This document shows, piece after piece, positions 54,747 through 63,742 of a stretch of 64,000 nucleotides of DNA. The position numbers and the translations under genes are program-made. The DNA is from a virus (taxonomy: Duplodnaviria > Heunggongvirae > Uroviricota > Caudoviricetes). The notes beneath the pieces were generated by a model that was not told the DNA's origin, did no database searches, and saw nothing but the letters and a program-made list of their open reading frames with translations. The first letter of the stretch is position 1, and each line of letters opens with the position of its first letter. Where the stretch lies: IMG/VR virus record IMGVR_UViG_3300031994_000001, positions 119,799 through 183,798 of that record. One strand, given 5' to 3'.

Positions 54747-56072
54747 CTATTTCTTTACAACACCTCGGCAGTGCATACCATAATATCTCTTCATATTTGC
54801 TACATTCCAACCATTATCATTGATTATGGCATAATATGCCATACCTTCTTCGCTTCTGCTATGTTCTTTTGTCCAAAAGCAAATAGAAGATTTCTCATAC
54901 GTTTCGCCTTCAATGGTATAGCCGAATCCAGTGAATTGAATCGTTTGACCATTTCTTATTGACTCAAGAATAAGTGTTTCAGTTTCTTCGTCATATAAAT
55001 TAATTATTGTGTTCTCAAAAAGTTCTTGAACATCTTCGGTTGTCGGCATTTCCCAATCGCCACCCATAAACGTATGCGCGACATCATCTTCTTTATCAAG
55101 AATATAGCGTTCTAAATCGTAATTATTATAAGGAAAATAGCCGTATTTATCAGCGTAGAAATCTTCATTGCAATATTCGGTATTATATGTAAATCCCCAC
55201 ATATAATCGAATCCCTTCGCTGAAGGGTCATCACATTCTTCAATATTGCCAATTGACCAAATAGTTCCGCTTGGAAGTCCGAGGTCAACATATTGATGAC
55301 CATTGTAATCCACACCACTATTATAATTGGCATACCACTCGGACATACCAGCGTCAAATGCATCCACCAATGCCAATATGCCATTCTTAATATTTTTATA
55401 CATATCGTCTATACACACCCGTTCGTCAGTATATTCACAATCTATGTGATAACCTTTTATTCCGCATATTGGGATTAACACCAAGTCTCCGTTGCATAAA
55501 ACATATTTTTTATGATATAATGTATCATCGGGAAAAATTGGAGCATTAGGATGACCGAAAATACGCGAAATCAGTAATTCTTCTTGCGTTGACGGATTCA
55601 ATACACGTTTACTGATATTAACCAATACATCATATGCTGCGGTTTCAAGTGTTTTTGTATCTATCAACTTATCATATTGGGAGATTTTTATGCCAGGTTG
55701 TTTGTCATCGTCATAAAAATTTATTTTATATGTGAGTGGTATATATCCAAAAAATGTAAATGATTTTCCCATTTCACCCGTATAACGACCAACATCAGCG
55801 TATCCAATAAGGCTTGGCGGGTTGACATCAGTATATATTGGGCTAAAATTAGGATAACAACCCACATTATTATCCATTATGCACCAATTTTCATTTGTAC
55901 TTCCATAATACGCTTCGCGCAAGTTAGGGGCAAATCCGTCTGGCGATAATTCATCCAAATACAATAATCTAAAAATATCAGAATGGATGTTAAAATCATA
56001 TGATATATGATGTAATACATCATTGTACGTAGAATGCAGTGTATTTATATCTAATTCGTTTATTATTATCAT
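54747..56072 (-). CDS. protein with a C-terminal FISUMP (Fibrobacter succinogenes major paralogous) domain
   Basis: The C-terminal half (HQYVDLGLPSGTIWSIGNIE...GFDYMWG...WEMPTTEDVQELFEN...FTGFGY...SSICFWTKEHS...MHCRGVVKK) follows the FISUMP pattern (..NW.., W.lPt..ew..L, G.R, YWSS, SVRCV). Confidence 0.55.
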   Translation of the reverse strand: MIIINELDINTLHSTYNDVLHHISYDFNIHSDIFRLLYLDELSPDGFAPNLREAYYGSTNENWCIMDNNVGCYPNFSPIYTDVNPPSLIGYADVGRYTGEMGKSFTFFGYIPLTYKINFYDDDKQPGIKISQYDKLIDTKTLETAAYDVLVNISKRVLNPSTQEELLISRIFGHPNAPIFPDDTLYHKKYVLCNGDLVLIPICGIKGYHIDCEYTDERVCIDDMYKNIKNGILALVDAFDAGMSEWYANYNSGVDYNGHQYVDLGLPSGTIWSIGNIEECDDPSAKGFDYMWGFTYNTEYCNEDFYADKYGYFPYNNYDLERYILDKEDDVAHTFMGGDWEMPTTEDVQELFENTIINLYDEETETLILESIRNGQTIQFTGFGYTIEGETYEKSSICFWTKEHSRSEEGMAYYAIINDNGWNVANMKRYYGMHCRGVVKK

Positions 56073-56184
56073 AATTTCTTGTGTTTTTACTTATTTATAC
56101 GAGTGTTTACGCTCAAAAAAGATATTATAGAAATAAAAACGGACGGCAAATACCGTCCGTTTTCTTTATGCGAGTTTGTCTTGT

Positions 56185-56535
56185 TTATTTTCCTACAATG
56201 TTCTTTTTTGTAGTTTGGGAAGTCCACAATATTGCATTTTTCAATTTTTTCGCTTTCACGTAATCGCCATCTTTGTCCTCGCCCGTTTTTTCGCACTCGA
56301 AATATGTGTCAAGTTGTGGGTATTTAATGTCAGAACCGCTCTCGGAAAATGAGAAACGCATCATTTTGTCAGTATAACTGTATCCTTCACCTGCGGGTTT
56401 CCATTTCAGTTTGGTACACACGGCGAATAACAGTTCGGATGTTGTCATATCCTTTTTCAAGTTTTTCTTGAAAAAATCTTCCACATTTTTTGCTGGCATT
56501 TGCAGCATCTCGTCAATTTTCATTATGTGTGTCAT
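56185..56535 (-). CDS. hypothetical protein (116 aa)
   Basis: ORF; no motif. Confidence 0.4.
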   Translation of the reverse strand: MTHIMKIDEMLQMPAKNVEDFFKKNLKKDMTTSELLFAVCTKLKWKPAGEGYSYTDKMMRFSFSESGSDIKYPQLDTYFECEKTGEDKDGDYVKAKKLKNAILWTSQTTKKNIVGK

Positions 56536-56553
56536 AGTCGTTTGTATTTTATA

Positions 56554-56826
56554 TTATGCAAGTTTTTTAATTTTCATTGAAAAGTCTTTCCACCAAGTGT
56601 GGAACGGAATCGCATCCCCGATACCTTTCACGGTTTCGTTGTACTTTTTCTCAACGTCTTTTTCTATGTCGTTGATAGTGTCTGAAACCTTTTTGTATTT
56701 CTTCGGGTCTTTCTCCATAAGTTCGGCTGCTTTGTCGAACACGAATGCGTTTAACTTCGTCATTCTGTAATTGAGTTTGACAGCACTAATAAAACCCTCT
56801 CCGATAAAATCGCTGTATGTTTTCAT
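56554..56826 (-). CDS. small protein starting MKTYSDFIGE (T4 capsid-targeting-sequence-like N-terminus)
   Basis: N-terminal decapeptide matches 7 of 10 positions of MKTYQEFIAE, which is the T4 internal protein III capsid-targeting sequence as I recall it. Confidence 0.5.
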   Translation of the reverse strand: MKTYSDFIGEGFISAVKLNYRMTKLNAFVFDKAAELMEKDPKKYKKVSDTINDIEKDVEKKYNETVKGIGDAIPFHTWWKDFSMKIKKLA

Positions 56827-56831
56827 AGTCT

Positions 56832-57185
56832 TTATTTGTTATAAAAGTACACTGCCTCGTACCAATCGCCGCCGTCATCGGAACTTGTTTGCGTGACGTG
56901 GTGCAGTTTGTAGCCCAATTCGGTTATGAGTTTTTTAGAGAATCCGTGTTCGTGCTTCCAATTACCCTCTATCTGTACGCAGACATACCGTGGGTCTTGC
57001 GGCGTTTCTATCCAAACTTCCGCGCTGACACCATTGTTCTCAAGGGTCTTTTGAATCCTATCAACGTCTTTGTCGCTAATCATTCTGCGTTCAATTTCGT
57101 TTTGGATATTGTCCAACCGTTCTTTCGACACGGGTTGGATGTCAAGTTTTTCCTTGATGAATTTGTCTGCTTTGAGAATTTCCAT
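56832..57185 (-). CDS. leader-family protein 12 (MEILKADKFIKEKLDIQPVSKERL...), 117 aa
   Basis: Leader motif. Confidence 0.55.
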   Translation of the reverse strand: MEILKADKFIKEKLDIQPVSKERLDNIQNEIERRMISDKDVDRIQKTLENNGVSAEVWIETPQDPRYVCVQIEGNWKHEHGFSKKLITELGYKLHHVTQTSSDDGGDWYEAVYFYNK

Positions 57186-57200
57186 AGTCGGTTGTTTTCG

Positions 57201-58067
57201 TTATGTTGTGAAGAAATAGGCAACCGAATGTCTTGCGTTGTTTATTTCCTCTTTGATTTCTTGTATTTCGCTGTCGCCCCATTGGGTGTACATATCGTAG
57301 TTTATCGTCACATTACCTGGGAGGTTGTATTGGAACATTCCCAAAATCCTGCTCATATTCTTCATACACATAGCCACGCAGTATCTGAAGAACAAGTCGT
57401 CTTCGAACAACGCGCAGTCGGATATGGTTGAAAGAACGTGGAACACGCAGGGTCTTGTCGGGAGTTCGCCCGTGAACCTCAACTTCTTTGTAAGTCTGTT
57501 GTAACTGAATCCGTGCATTTCCTGCAACATCTGACGGGCTTGGTCGAAGAAACTCCAATTGCAAGTCCAATACACGAGGTTGTCAGCAGCCTGCGGGAGA
57601 CGGTCGTTGTACATACTCGAAGCAAACATTCTCTGAACGCCGAAGTCAAGGTTTCCGCCGTCAAGACGTGTCGAACTGCCCCAACCCGCTTCACCGCTGA
57701 ATCTGCCGACTTGATAGACGCGCAGCACGGAGAATATGTTGTCGGGCATAACAAGCACACCACGGTCTTTTTTCGTTTCGGATTTCAATATCTTGTTTCC
57801 CTGCACGCCGCTTCTGTTGGTAAGACCGAGACGGAAACTGTCGGTCATAAAGACCTCATAGGGGCAGGATATGTAAATTTCCTCAACTGAATCATCGTAT
57901 GCGTTGTAGAAATACCTTTTAGCCTCGCCCACAATCTGCGCTATCGCAGCCTTCGGGAGCGAGAAAGGTATCTGACAGTTCAGCGTCATTTGCTTGTTTA
58001 TTCTGTCAGTGAAAGCGGCAAGACATTCTTGGCTTTCAGTATCTTCGCAATCTACATAGTAACCCAC
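57201..58067 (-). CDS. hypothetical protein (288 aa); GTG start
   Basis: The track ORF begins at GTG (complement 58065-58067); no ATG near the 5' end. Confidence 0.4.
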   Translation of the reverse strand: MGYYVDCEDTESQECLAAFTDRINKQMTLNCQIPFSLPKAAIAQIVGEAKRYFYNAYDDSVEEIYISCPYEVFMTDSFRLGLTNRSGVQGNKILKSETKKDRGVLVMPDNIFSVLRVYQVGRFSGEAGWGSSTRLDGGNLDFGVQRMFASSMYNDRLPQAADNLVYWTCNWSFFDQARQMLQEMHGFSYNRLTKKLRFTGELPTRPCVFHVLSTISDCALFEDDLFFRYCVAMCMKNMSRILGMFQYNLPGNVTINYDMYTQWGDSEIQEIKEEINNARHSVAYFFTT

Positions 58068-58092
58068 TGTTATACCAATATTCTTCTATTAT

Positions 58093-58521
58093 TTATAATT
58101 CGATAATCAAACGGGTGTTCTTGTTACGCAAAACCCTTGCGTTTTCAGTAAGTTTGTAAACATCACACAGAACATCCAACGTTGTCAGATTAAGGAAATT
58201 GTCGCCTTTTTCAAAAGGAATGGCGGATTGCAGATAGACCTGCTTTTCTATCGGTATGCCAAGTTTTTGAAACCTGCTTCTTGTGTACGCGATGTTTTTC
58301 AGAGTGTTGTTCACCCTGCGTAACTCGCTTTCGGTCATTTTGACCTTTATTGTCTGTGTGTACACAGTGCCTTGTTTATCCCATACTTTGTTGTAGTTGA
58401 CAGACAAAATATTCAGTCTCGGCTCGTTGATTTCGTTTTTCAGTTTGCCAAGTCTGTCCTTTGTTACGGGCTTTATGTCCAATTTTTCGGAGACAAACTC
58501 CTCTATGTTCAATACTTTCAT
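58093..58521 (-). CDS. leader-family protein 13 (MKVLNIEEFVSEKLDIKPVTKDRL...), 142 aa
   Basis: Leader motif. Confidence 0.55.
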   Translation of the reverse strand: MKVLNIEEFVSEKLDIKPVTKDRLGKLKNEINEPRLNILSVNYNKVWDKQGTVYTQTIKVKMTESELRRVNNTLKNIAYTRSRFQKLGIPIEKQVYLQSAIPFEKGDNFLNLTTLDVLCDVYKLTENARVLRNKNTRLIIEL

Positions 58522-58525
58522 AGCC

Positions 58526-58960
58526 TTATTCTATATATTTTACTGTGTCAAAATGGCAGGTGTCTTTCGCCACTTCGCATCTTTGTTGCAATTCAATGGA
58601 ATCCTTTTTGTCATAGCAGTAAATGTAAAGTTTCTTGCCGACAATCTTGTTTCCGAATTTTTTCATATTTTTGTCTATGGCTTTGTAATCGTTTTTCTCG
58701 TGCATAATGCTGTCATAGTCATATATCGCTTTCCAAAAATCGTTGCTGTATGTTGTGTCCTCAAATTCTTTCACATTTTTCATATTCGTGAAAGTGAACT
58801 CGTATTTTGGACACATCATAAAATCGGTGTCATCGTCTTTGAAAGTCGGAAGTGAAGCAAGGATTCTGCCTTGACTGTCCAACACGCTTTCAAACGGTGT
58901 TTTTGTCGCAACAGTCTTTGCGCTTTCTGCTATGAATTGTTCAAATTTGTATATTTCCAT
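58526..58960 (-). CDS. leader-variant protein (MEIYKFEQFIAESAK...), 144 aa
   Basis: N-terminus resembles both the family leader (MKILKFEQYINEKL) and the T4 capsid-targeting sequence (MKTYQEFIAE) but lacks the NIKPVSKDRL part. Confidence 0.5.
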   Translation of the reverse strand: MEIYKFEQFIAESAKTVATKTPFESVLDSQGRILASLPTFKDDDTDFMMCPKYEFTFTNMKNVKEFEDTTYSNDFWKAIYDYDSIMHEKNDYKAIDKNMKKFGNKIVGKKLYIYCYDKKDSIELQQRCEVAKDTCHFDTVKYIE

Positions 58961-58967
58961 AATTTTG

Positions 58968-59609
58968 TTATTTTTTAATTTTTCCTTCAATCCAATTCTG
59001 TTTATTTATCGGTAGAACAAGGTTTGGATTATTACCGCAATATAAATTATCGCCGATTTTCTGCGGTGCGCCTTCAATGGTTGTAAGTTTGTTATTACGG
59101 CAATAAAAACCACCTCCGACTTCTTGCGGTGCGCCTTTAAGGGTTGTCAAATAGTTGTATCTGCAAATAAAATCATCACCGACTTCCTTTGGTGCGCCTT
59201 CAAGGGTTGTCAGTTTATTATTACTGCAATTAAAATCACCACCTACTTTCTGCGGTGCGCCTTTAAGGGTTTTCAGTTTATTACCACTGCAATCAAAATC
59301 CCCGCCGACTTTCTGCGGTGCGCCTTCAAGGGTTATCAGTTTGTTATTAAAGCAGCCAAAATACCCTTTAACGTGTCCGAATCTTATTTTAAGTTTACCG
59401 TCAAGCACTATGTCGTTTGAAATCCTAACGTCCCCGTCACAATCATAACTTCTTGTTGATGGATTCCATACGAGATTGTTGACTTCTATGAATAATTTCG
59501 TTTTATCATCAACTTCGGGTTCTTTACACAATTCAGCAAGTCTATCTTTTGAAACGGGCTTAATGTTAAGTTTCTCGTTTATATATTGTTCGAACTTGAG
59601 TATTTTCAT
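58968..59609 (-). CDS. leader-family protein 15 with about 7 LRR-type repeats
   Basis: MKILKFEQYINEKLNIKPVSKDRL..., then GAPQKVGGDFDCSGNKLKTLKGAPQKVGGDFNCSNNKLTTLEGAPKEVGDDFICRYNYLTTLKGAPQEVGGGFYC. Confidence 0.6.
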   Translation of the reverse strand: MKILKFEQYINEKLNIKPVSKDRLAELCKEPEVDDKTKLFIEVNNLVWNPSTRSYDCDGDVRISNDIVLDGKLKIRFGHVKGYFGCFNNKLITLEGAPQKVGGDFDCSGNKLKTLKGAPQKVGGDFNCSNNKLTTLEGAPKEVGDDFICRYNYLTTLKGAPQEVGGGFYCRNNKLTTIEGAPQKIGDNLYCGNNPNLVLPINKQNWIEGKIKK

Positions 59610-59616
59610 AACATAT

Positions 59617-60321
59617 TTATTGTTTATCACAAGTAAGAATGCCTTGTATCCAATTTGGTTTTTCTTTTGGCATTGTTAAATTTGGATTGTTTTTGCATAC
59701 AAAATGAAAAACGCCTTTTATTACACAATCTATCGAATGCAACATATTATCACTGCAATCAAAATTGCCTCCTACATATTTCGGTGCGCCTTCAAGCGTT
59801 GCAAGATTGTTATGGCTGCAATTAAAATTCCCGCCCACTTCTTTCGGTGCGCCCTTTAGCGTTTTTAATTTGTTTTGGCTGCAATCAAACACATACGGTA
59901 TTTCTTTGGGCGCACCTTCAAGGGTTTTCAACATATTCTTACTACAAATAAAAGAGTCATCAATTTCTTGTGGGGCAAAGCAAAGGGATGTCAGTTCGTT
60001 GTCCGAACAATCAAAGAAACCCATTACTTTTAACGGTGCGCCTTCAAGGGATTTCAGATTGTTATTGGAACAGTTGAAGTTTCCATTTATAACTCCGAAT
60101 TTTATCGGGAATGAATCCAACCCTATGTCGTTTATATAAACATTTCCGTGGCAATCATAGCGCATTGTTTGCTTATTGAACACAAGTTCGTGACGTTTGA
60201 TGAAATTTTTTCTGTATTCATTTAAGTATAGTTCACCGAAACGATTATCAAGTCTGTCTTTTCTGACGGGCTTAATGTTAAGTTTCTCGTTTATGTATTG
60301 TTCTGTTTTAAGTATTTCCAT
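59617..60321 (-). CDS. leader-family protein 16 with LRR-type repeats
   Basis: MEILKTEQYINEKLNIKPVRKDRL..., then repeats. Confidence 0.6.
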   Translation of the reverse strand: MEILKTEQYINEKLNIKPVRKDRLDNRFGELYLNEYRKNFIKRHELVFNKQTMRYDCHGNVYINDIGLDSFPIKFGVINGNFNCSNNNLKSLEGAPLKVMGFFDCSDNELTSLCFAPQEIDDSFICSKNMLKTLEGAPKEIPYVFDCSQNKLKTLKGAPKEVGGNFNCSHNNLATLEGAPKYVGGNFDCSDNMLHSIDCVIKGVFHFVCKNNPNLTMPKEKPNWIQGILTCDKQ

Positions 60322-60323
60322 AG

Positions 60324-61136
60324 TTAAAATATTATATATTTGTCTTTTACCCAATTTGGTTTTTCTCTTGGAGGATTCAGTTTCGGGTTGTTATTGCAAT
60401 AAAAATCACCAACTCTTTGTGGTGCGCCGTAAAATGATTCAAGTTCATTGTTTGAACAATCAAGTTTGTATTTTACAACTTTTGGCGAACCCACCAATGA
60501 TTTCAGTTTGTTGTGCGATATGTCTATTTTGTCGCAATTCGGAATCCCGACAAATGACTCTATGTTATTGTCTTTGCAATTTATAAAACTGGTGCTGATA
60601 CCCGTTCCGATTTTTTGCGGTGCGCCTTCAAATGTTTTTAGTTTGTTGTGTTCACAATGCAAATCCCCACCGATTTCTTTCGGCGCGCCTTTAAGGGTTT
60701 CAAGTTCATTGTTATTACACCAAAGACCCCATTTGATTTCCTGCGGTGCGCCTTTTAGTGTTTTTAGTTTGTTGTAACCACAATAAAAAGAATCTCCTAC
60801 TTTTTGTGGTGCGCCCTCAAGTGATGTAAGTTCGTTATATCTGCAATCAAAATAGCCACCGACTTCCTGCGGTGCGCCTTTTAGTGATGTCAGTTTGTTG
60901 CCCGCACAGATAAAATTACCATTGACCACACCAAATCTAACGGGAAATTCAGTAAGCCCCTTTTCTATCAAATTAACATTTCCTTTACAATCATACAACA
61001 TAGTTTCTTTGTTATAAACAAGGTTATACTCTTTTATGAATGTTTTCATTTTTGTGGTTTGAATTAACCTGCTTTTTGAAACGGGCTTAATGTTAAGTTT
61101 CTCGTTTATATATTGTTTCGAGTTCAGTATTTCCAT
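60324..61136 (-). CDS. leader-family protein 17 with about 9 LRR-type repeats
   Basis: MEILNSKQYINEKLNIKPVSKSRL..., then repeats. Confidence 0.6.
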   Translation of the reverse strand: MEILNSKQYINEKLNIKPVSKSRLIQTTKMKTFIKEYNLVYNKETMLYDCKGNVNLIEKGLTEFPVRFGVVNGNFICAGNKLTSLKGAPQEVGGYFDCRYNELTSLEGAPQKVGDSFYCGYNKLKTLKGAPQEIKWGLWCNNNELETLKGAPKEIGGDLHCEHNKLKTFEGAPQKIGTGISTSFINCKDNNIESFVGIPNCDKIDISHNKLKSLVGSPKVVKYKLDCSNNELESFYGAPQRVGDFYCNNNPKLNPPREKPNWVKDKYIIF

Positions 61137-61140
61137 AACA

Positions 61141-62688
61141 CTATTCTATGTTTTCAACTGTAACGGGGGAAACCCTAACACGGATATTCCTGCGGTCAAT
61201 AAACGATGAGGTCACATACTTGTTCACTTGGATTATCGGGGTGTCGCTGTTTGTCACAGCACCGATAGGTCTGTTTATGGTGCTGACGTTTATCTTCGCG
61301 CCGACCTCAACTCTGTTGTATATGTGGTTTTCAGTCATACCCTCGCTCAAGTCAATGGCGACCATATTAGCACCGAACCTCTGCGGGTTTATTATGTCCA
61401 CGCTTGCGGTCTTTATGATTGTCGTGTTGTCTCTGTTGTTAGTTATCCTCACAGTGTAGTCTATCGTAGCCTTTACTAACCCTTCCGTGTGTTCGAGTAT
61501 CGGTCTGAATTTGATGAGTGGAGATTCGTGGTTATCCCTTGCGTTGACAAGCATTTCCCAAGTCTGTATGTATGTAATCGGTATCTGCGAATCAACAAGC
61601 GTGACATTCGGTTCGTTGCCCTCATTCGGTACGTTGTATTTCTCCGTTACCGTAAGTGTGTGGGCGAGCGTGAATGTTGTGTCGAACCTGCACAAATAGT
61701 CGTACAGTGAATTTGGGTCATACAACGGGTGCTGTATGTCGTTCTCGTAGTATGTGTATAATGTGTAAAAGTCTCCACCATTTACATCGGGCAATATACA
61801 AGCCTTGAGGTTATCGTATGAATCCTTGTTGGGAAACAGCGTTGAGGTCAACGCTCTTGTCTTGATAACCTCGAATCCCTTTTTCTCCTCATAACCGACA
61901 ATGGCGTGCAGGTCAATTCCGATTGACGGGTTCTGATAGTATCCGTGTTCGGAAAGATGGTATGCGAGGGAGTTTTCAAACGGGTATCTTCTTTGGTATT
62001 GTGTGCCGTTGTAGTTATGTTCCATACTATCCGTGTTATTCTTGTCTGTTGACAAGTATGCGGTTGAAGGTACTCTGAACTCAATGTAGTTCACATAAAC
62101 CTTGTCGGCAAACCAAAGAGGCTCTGCAAGCATCTTATAGTCGTCATAGTTCGTGTGTATCGCACAGAGCAGGTTTATGTACTCGCCCGAATGGTTTTTT
62201 GTGTATAGGTTGAATATGAATCCGTCATATTCGGAATGGTAGTTGGAACGGAAATAGATACGGAGTATGTCGTATGGTATGTACTCGTGTTCGATGTCGG
62301 GCTGCTTCATTATGTCACCCTCGCCCGATTCAATGTCAGACCACTTGCTGTCAACGCTTGTGTAGAACTGACCGTTCACCTGCTGTGTGCGAACCCACAT
62401 AGTGCTGTCCTTTTTTGCAGGAAGCACGGTGTTCAGAAGTGTGTTGTTCGTCAGCGGAACGGAAGCCGCATTGTTGACAAAGTATTTTTCGTTGGTGTAT
62501 CTGTTGCCCGTTATGTAGTAGTTACATATCGCGCTGTCACCGTATGTACCTTCGCCGTTTGAAGTAAGTATGTCCTCACTCAACTGTGATTCGCCCGCAA
62601 CAAAGCGGTCTGCTACATAGACATATTCCATAAGGATATTGTCGGTAAGCGGTATGTACCTTTTGCCCGATTCAGTAGGTTTGCTCAT
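61141..62688 (-). CDS. hypothetical protein (515 aa from first ATG), probably structural
   Basis: ATG at complement 62686-62688 (MSKPTESGKRY...); the track ORF starts at an upstream TTG. Confidence 0.45.
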   Translation of the reverse strand: MSKPTESGKRYIPLTDNILMEYVYVADRFVAGESQLSEDILTSNGEGTYGDSAICNYYITGNRYTNEKYFVNNAASVPLTNNTLLNTVLPAKKDSTMWVRTQQVNGQFYTSVDSKWSDIESGEGDIMKQPDIEHEYIPYDILRIYFRSNYHSEYDGFIFNLYTKNHSGEYINLLCAIHTNYDDYKMLAEPLWFADKVYVNYIEFRVPSTAYLSTDKNNTDSMEHNYNGTQYQRRYPFENSLAYHLSEHGYYQNPSIGIDLHAIVGYEEKKGFEVIKTRALTSTLFPNKDSYDNLKACILPDVNGGDFYTLYTYYENDIQHPLYDPNSLYDYLCRFDTTFTLAHTLTVTEKYNVPNEGNEPNVTLVDSQIPITYIQTWEMLVNARDNHESPLIKFRPILEHTEGLVKATIDYTVRITNNRDNTTIIKTASVDIINPQRFGANMVAIDLSEGMTENHIYNRVEVGAKINVSTINRPIGAVTNSDTPIIQVNKYVTSSFIDRRNIRVRVSPVTVENIE

Positions 62689-62740
62689 ATTCGTTATATT
62701 TAATAGTGAATCAATTTGTATATTTATAAACAAACAGAAA

Positions 62741-62772
62741 AACCCGACAAGTGTCGGGCTTTCCGTTTGGGT
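62741..62772 (-). terminator. rho-independent terminator (minus strand)
   Basis: The reverse strand reads GCCCGACA-ct-TGTCGGGT followed by TTTTCTGTTTG. Confidence 0.55.
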
Positions 62773-62793
62773 GATATGAATGGGTAATCCAAA

Positions 62794-63603
62794 CTATTGG
62801 TTAATCTCAATATCGTTGTTACTGCGGGGCCAAATCTGATAACCGTAATTAGTTGAAAAATAAGCAAATCCCGTTATGTTTGCGTGCGTTCCATTTGGAA
62901 TTTCCATTGATATTGAATTAAATCTATTGTATAATTTAATTGTGTTTTCATTCTGACTTATAGTCATAGTATCTCCGTCAATAATAACATCATTTAATGT
63001 CACTAATTGTGATTCGTAATGTGCATAATTATTTTCAATATCGTTTATCGTAACGGGGATAGGTTCAATTTTAACTGGAACATACGTTGCTTCTGGTGTA
63101 TTTTTTGACGGTATAAATTCCCACGTTCCTTGATAAAGTGTAAGCCTTCCTTGTATTCCATCAAAGATATCGCCTTCATTGTATTGAGTAGTAATTTTTG
63201 GTGTATTATAATCATATATACATAATCCACCGCTATCATCTTTAACATACATATAACGACCATATCTAAACACAAAAGTAATAGGATTTTCTATTATAAT
63301 TTCCGATTGTACATTGGCATAATTTTTGAGTTCTAAAATTGATGCAACTCTTATTACATTATCTTCTTGGGCTTCTTGGATACCTTGGATTCCTTGAACG
63401 CCTTGAATTTCATCTGTTTCTTGAACGTCTTGTACGCCTTGAACACATTGGATTCCTTGTTCGCTTTGGTTGTTTTGACTGTTTGGCTTTGCACTTTTAT
63501 TGGGATATGAAAAATCCCCTTGAACCAAAAGTTCGCCATTGTCTGAAAACCCTGCCGTAGTTATGTCAAACGGGTTTTTGTATCTGTATGAATCAATAGC
63601 CAT
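62794..63603 (-). CDS. short collagen-like (Gly-X-Gln) protein with a C-terminal globular domain; putative fibre or decoration protein
   Basis: MAIDSYRYKNPFDITTAGFSDNGELLVQGDF... (N-terminus similar to the 45353 protein), then [30 protein letters not shown]. Confidence 0.55.
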   Translation of the reverse strand: MAIDSYRYKNPFDITTAGFSDNGELLVQGDFSYPNKSAKPNSQNNQSEQGIQCVQGVQDVQETDEIQGVQGIQGIQEAQEDNVIRVASILELKNYANVQSEIIIENPITFVFRYGRYMYVKDDSGGLCIYDYNTPKITTQYNEGDIFDGIQGRLTLYQGTWEFIPSKNTPEATYVPVKIEPIPVTINDIENNYAHYESQLVTLNDVIIDGDTMTISQNENTIKLYNRFNSISMEIPNGTHANITGFAYFSTNYGYQIWPRSNNDIEINQ

Positions 63604-63697
63604 ATTTGTATAATGTTCTAAAATGAAAGATTGTTTTCATCTAATTAGTATTTATATTTTTGTCGGCGAAATTTTTTCATCTATAAAACAACATAAT

Positions 63698-63727
63698 TCC
63701 GATTTTTTTATTATATTAGATTGTATC
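63698..63727 (+). promoter_or_regulatory. conserved promoter-like motif, copy 5 (TCCGATTTTTTTATTATATTAGATTGTATC)
   Basis: 16 nt upstream of the ATG at 63743. Confidence 0.4.
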
Positions 63728-63742
63728 GAAAAAACGAGAACT

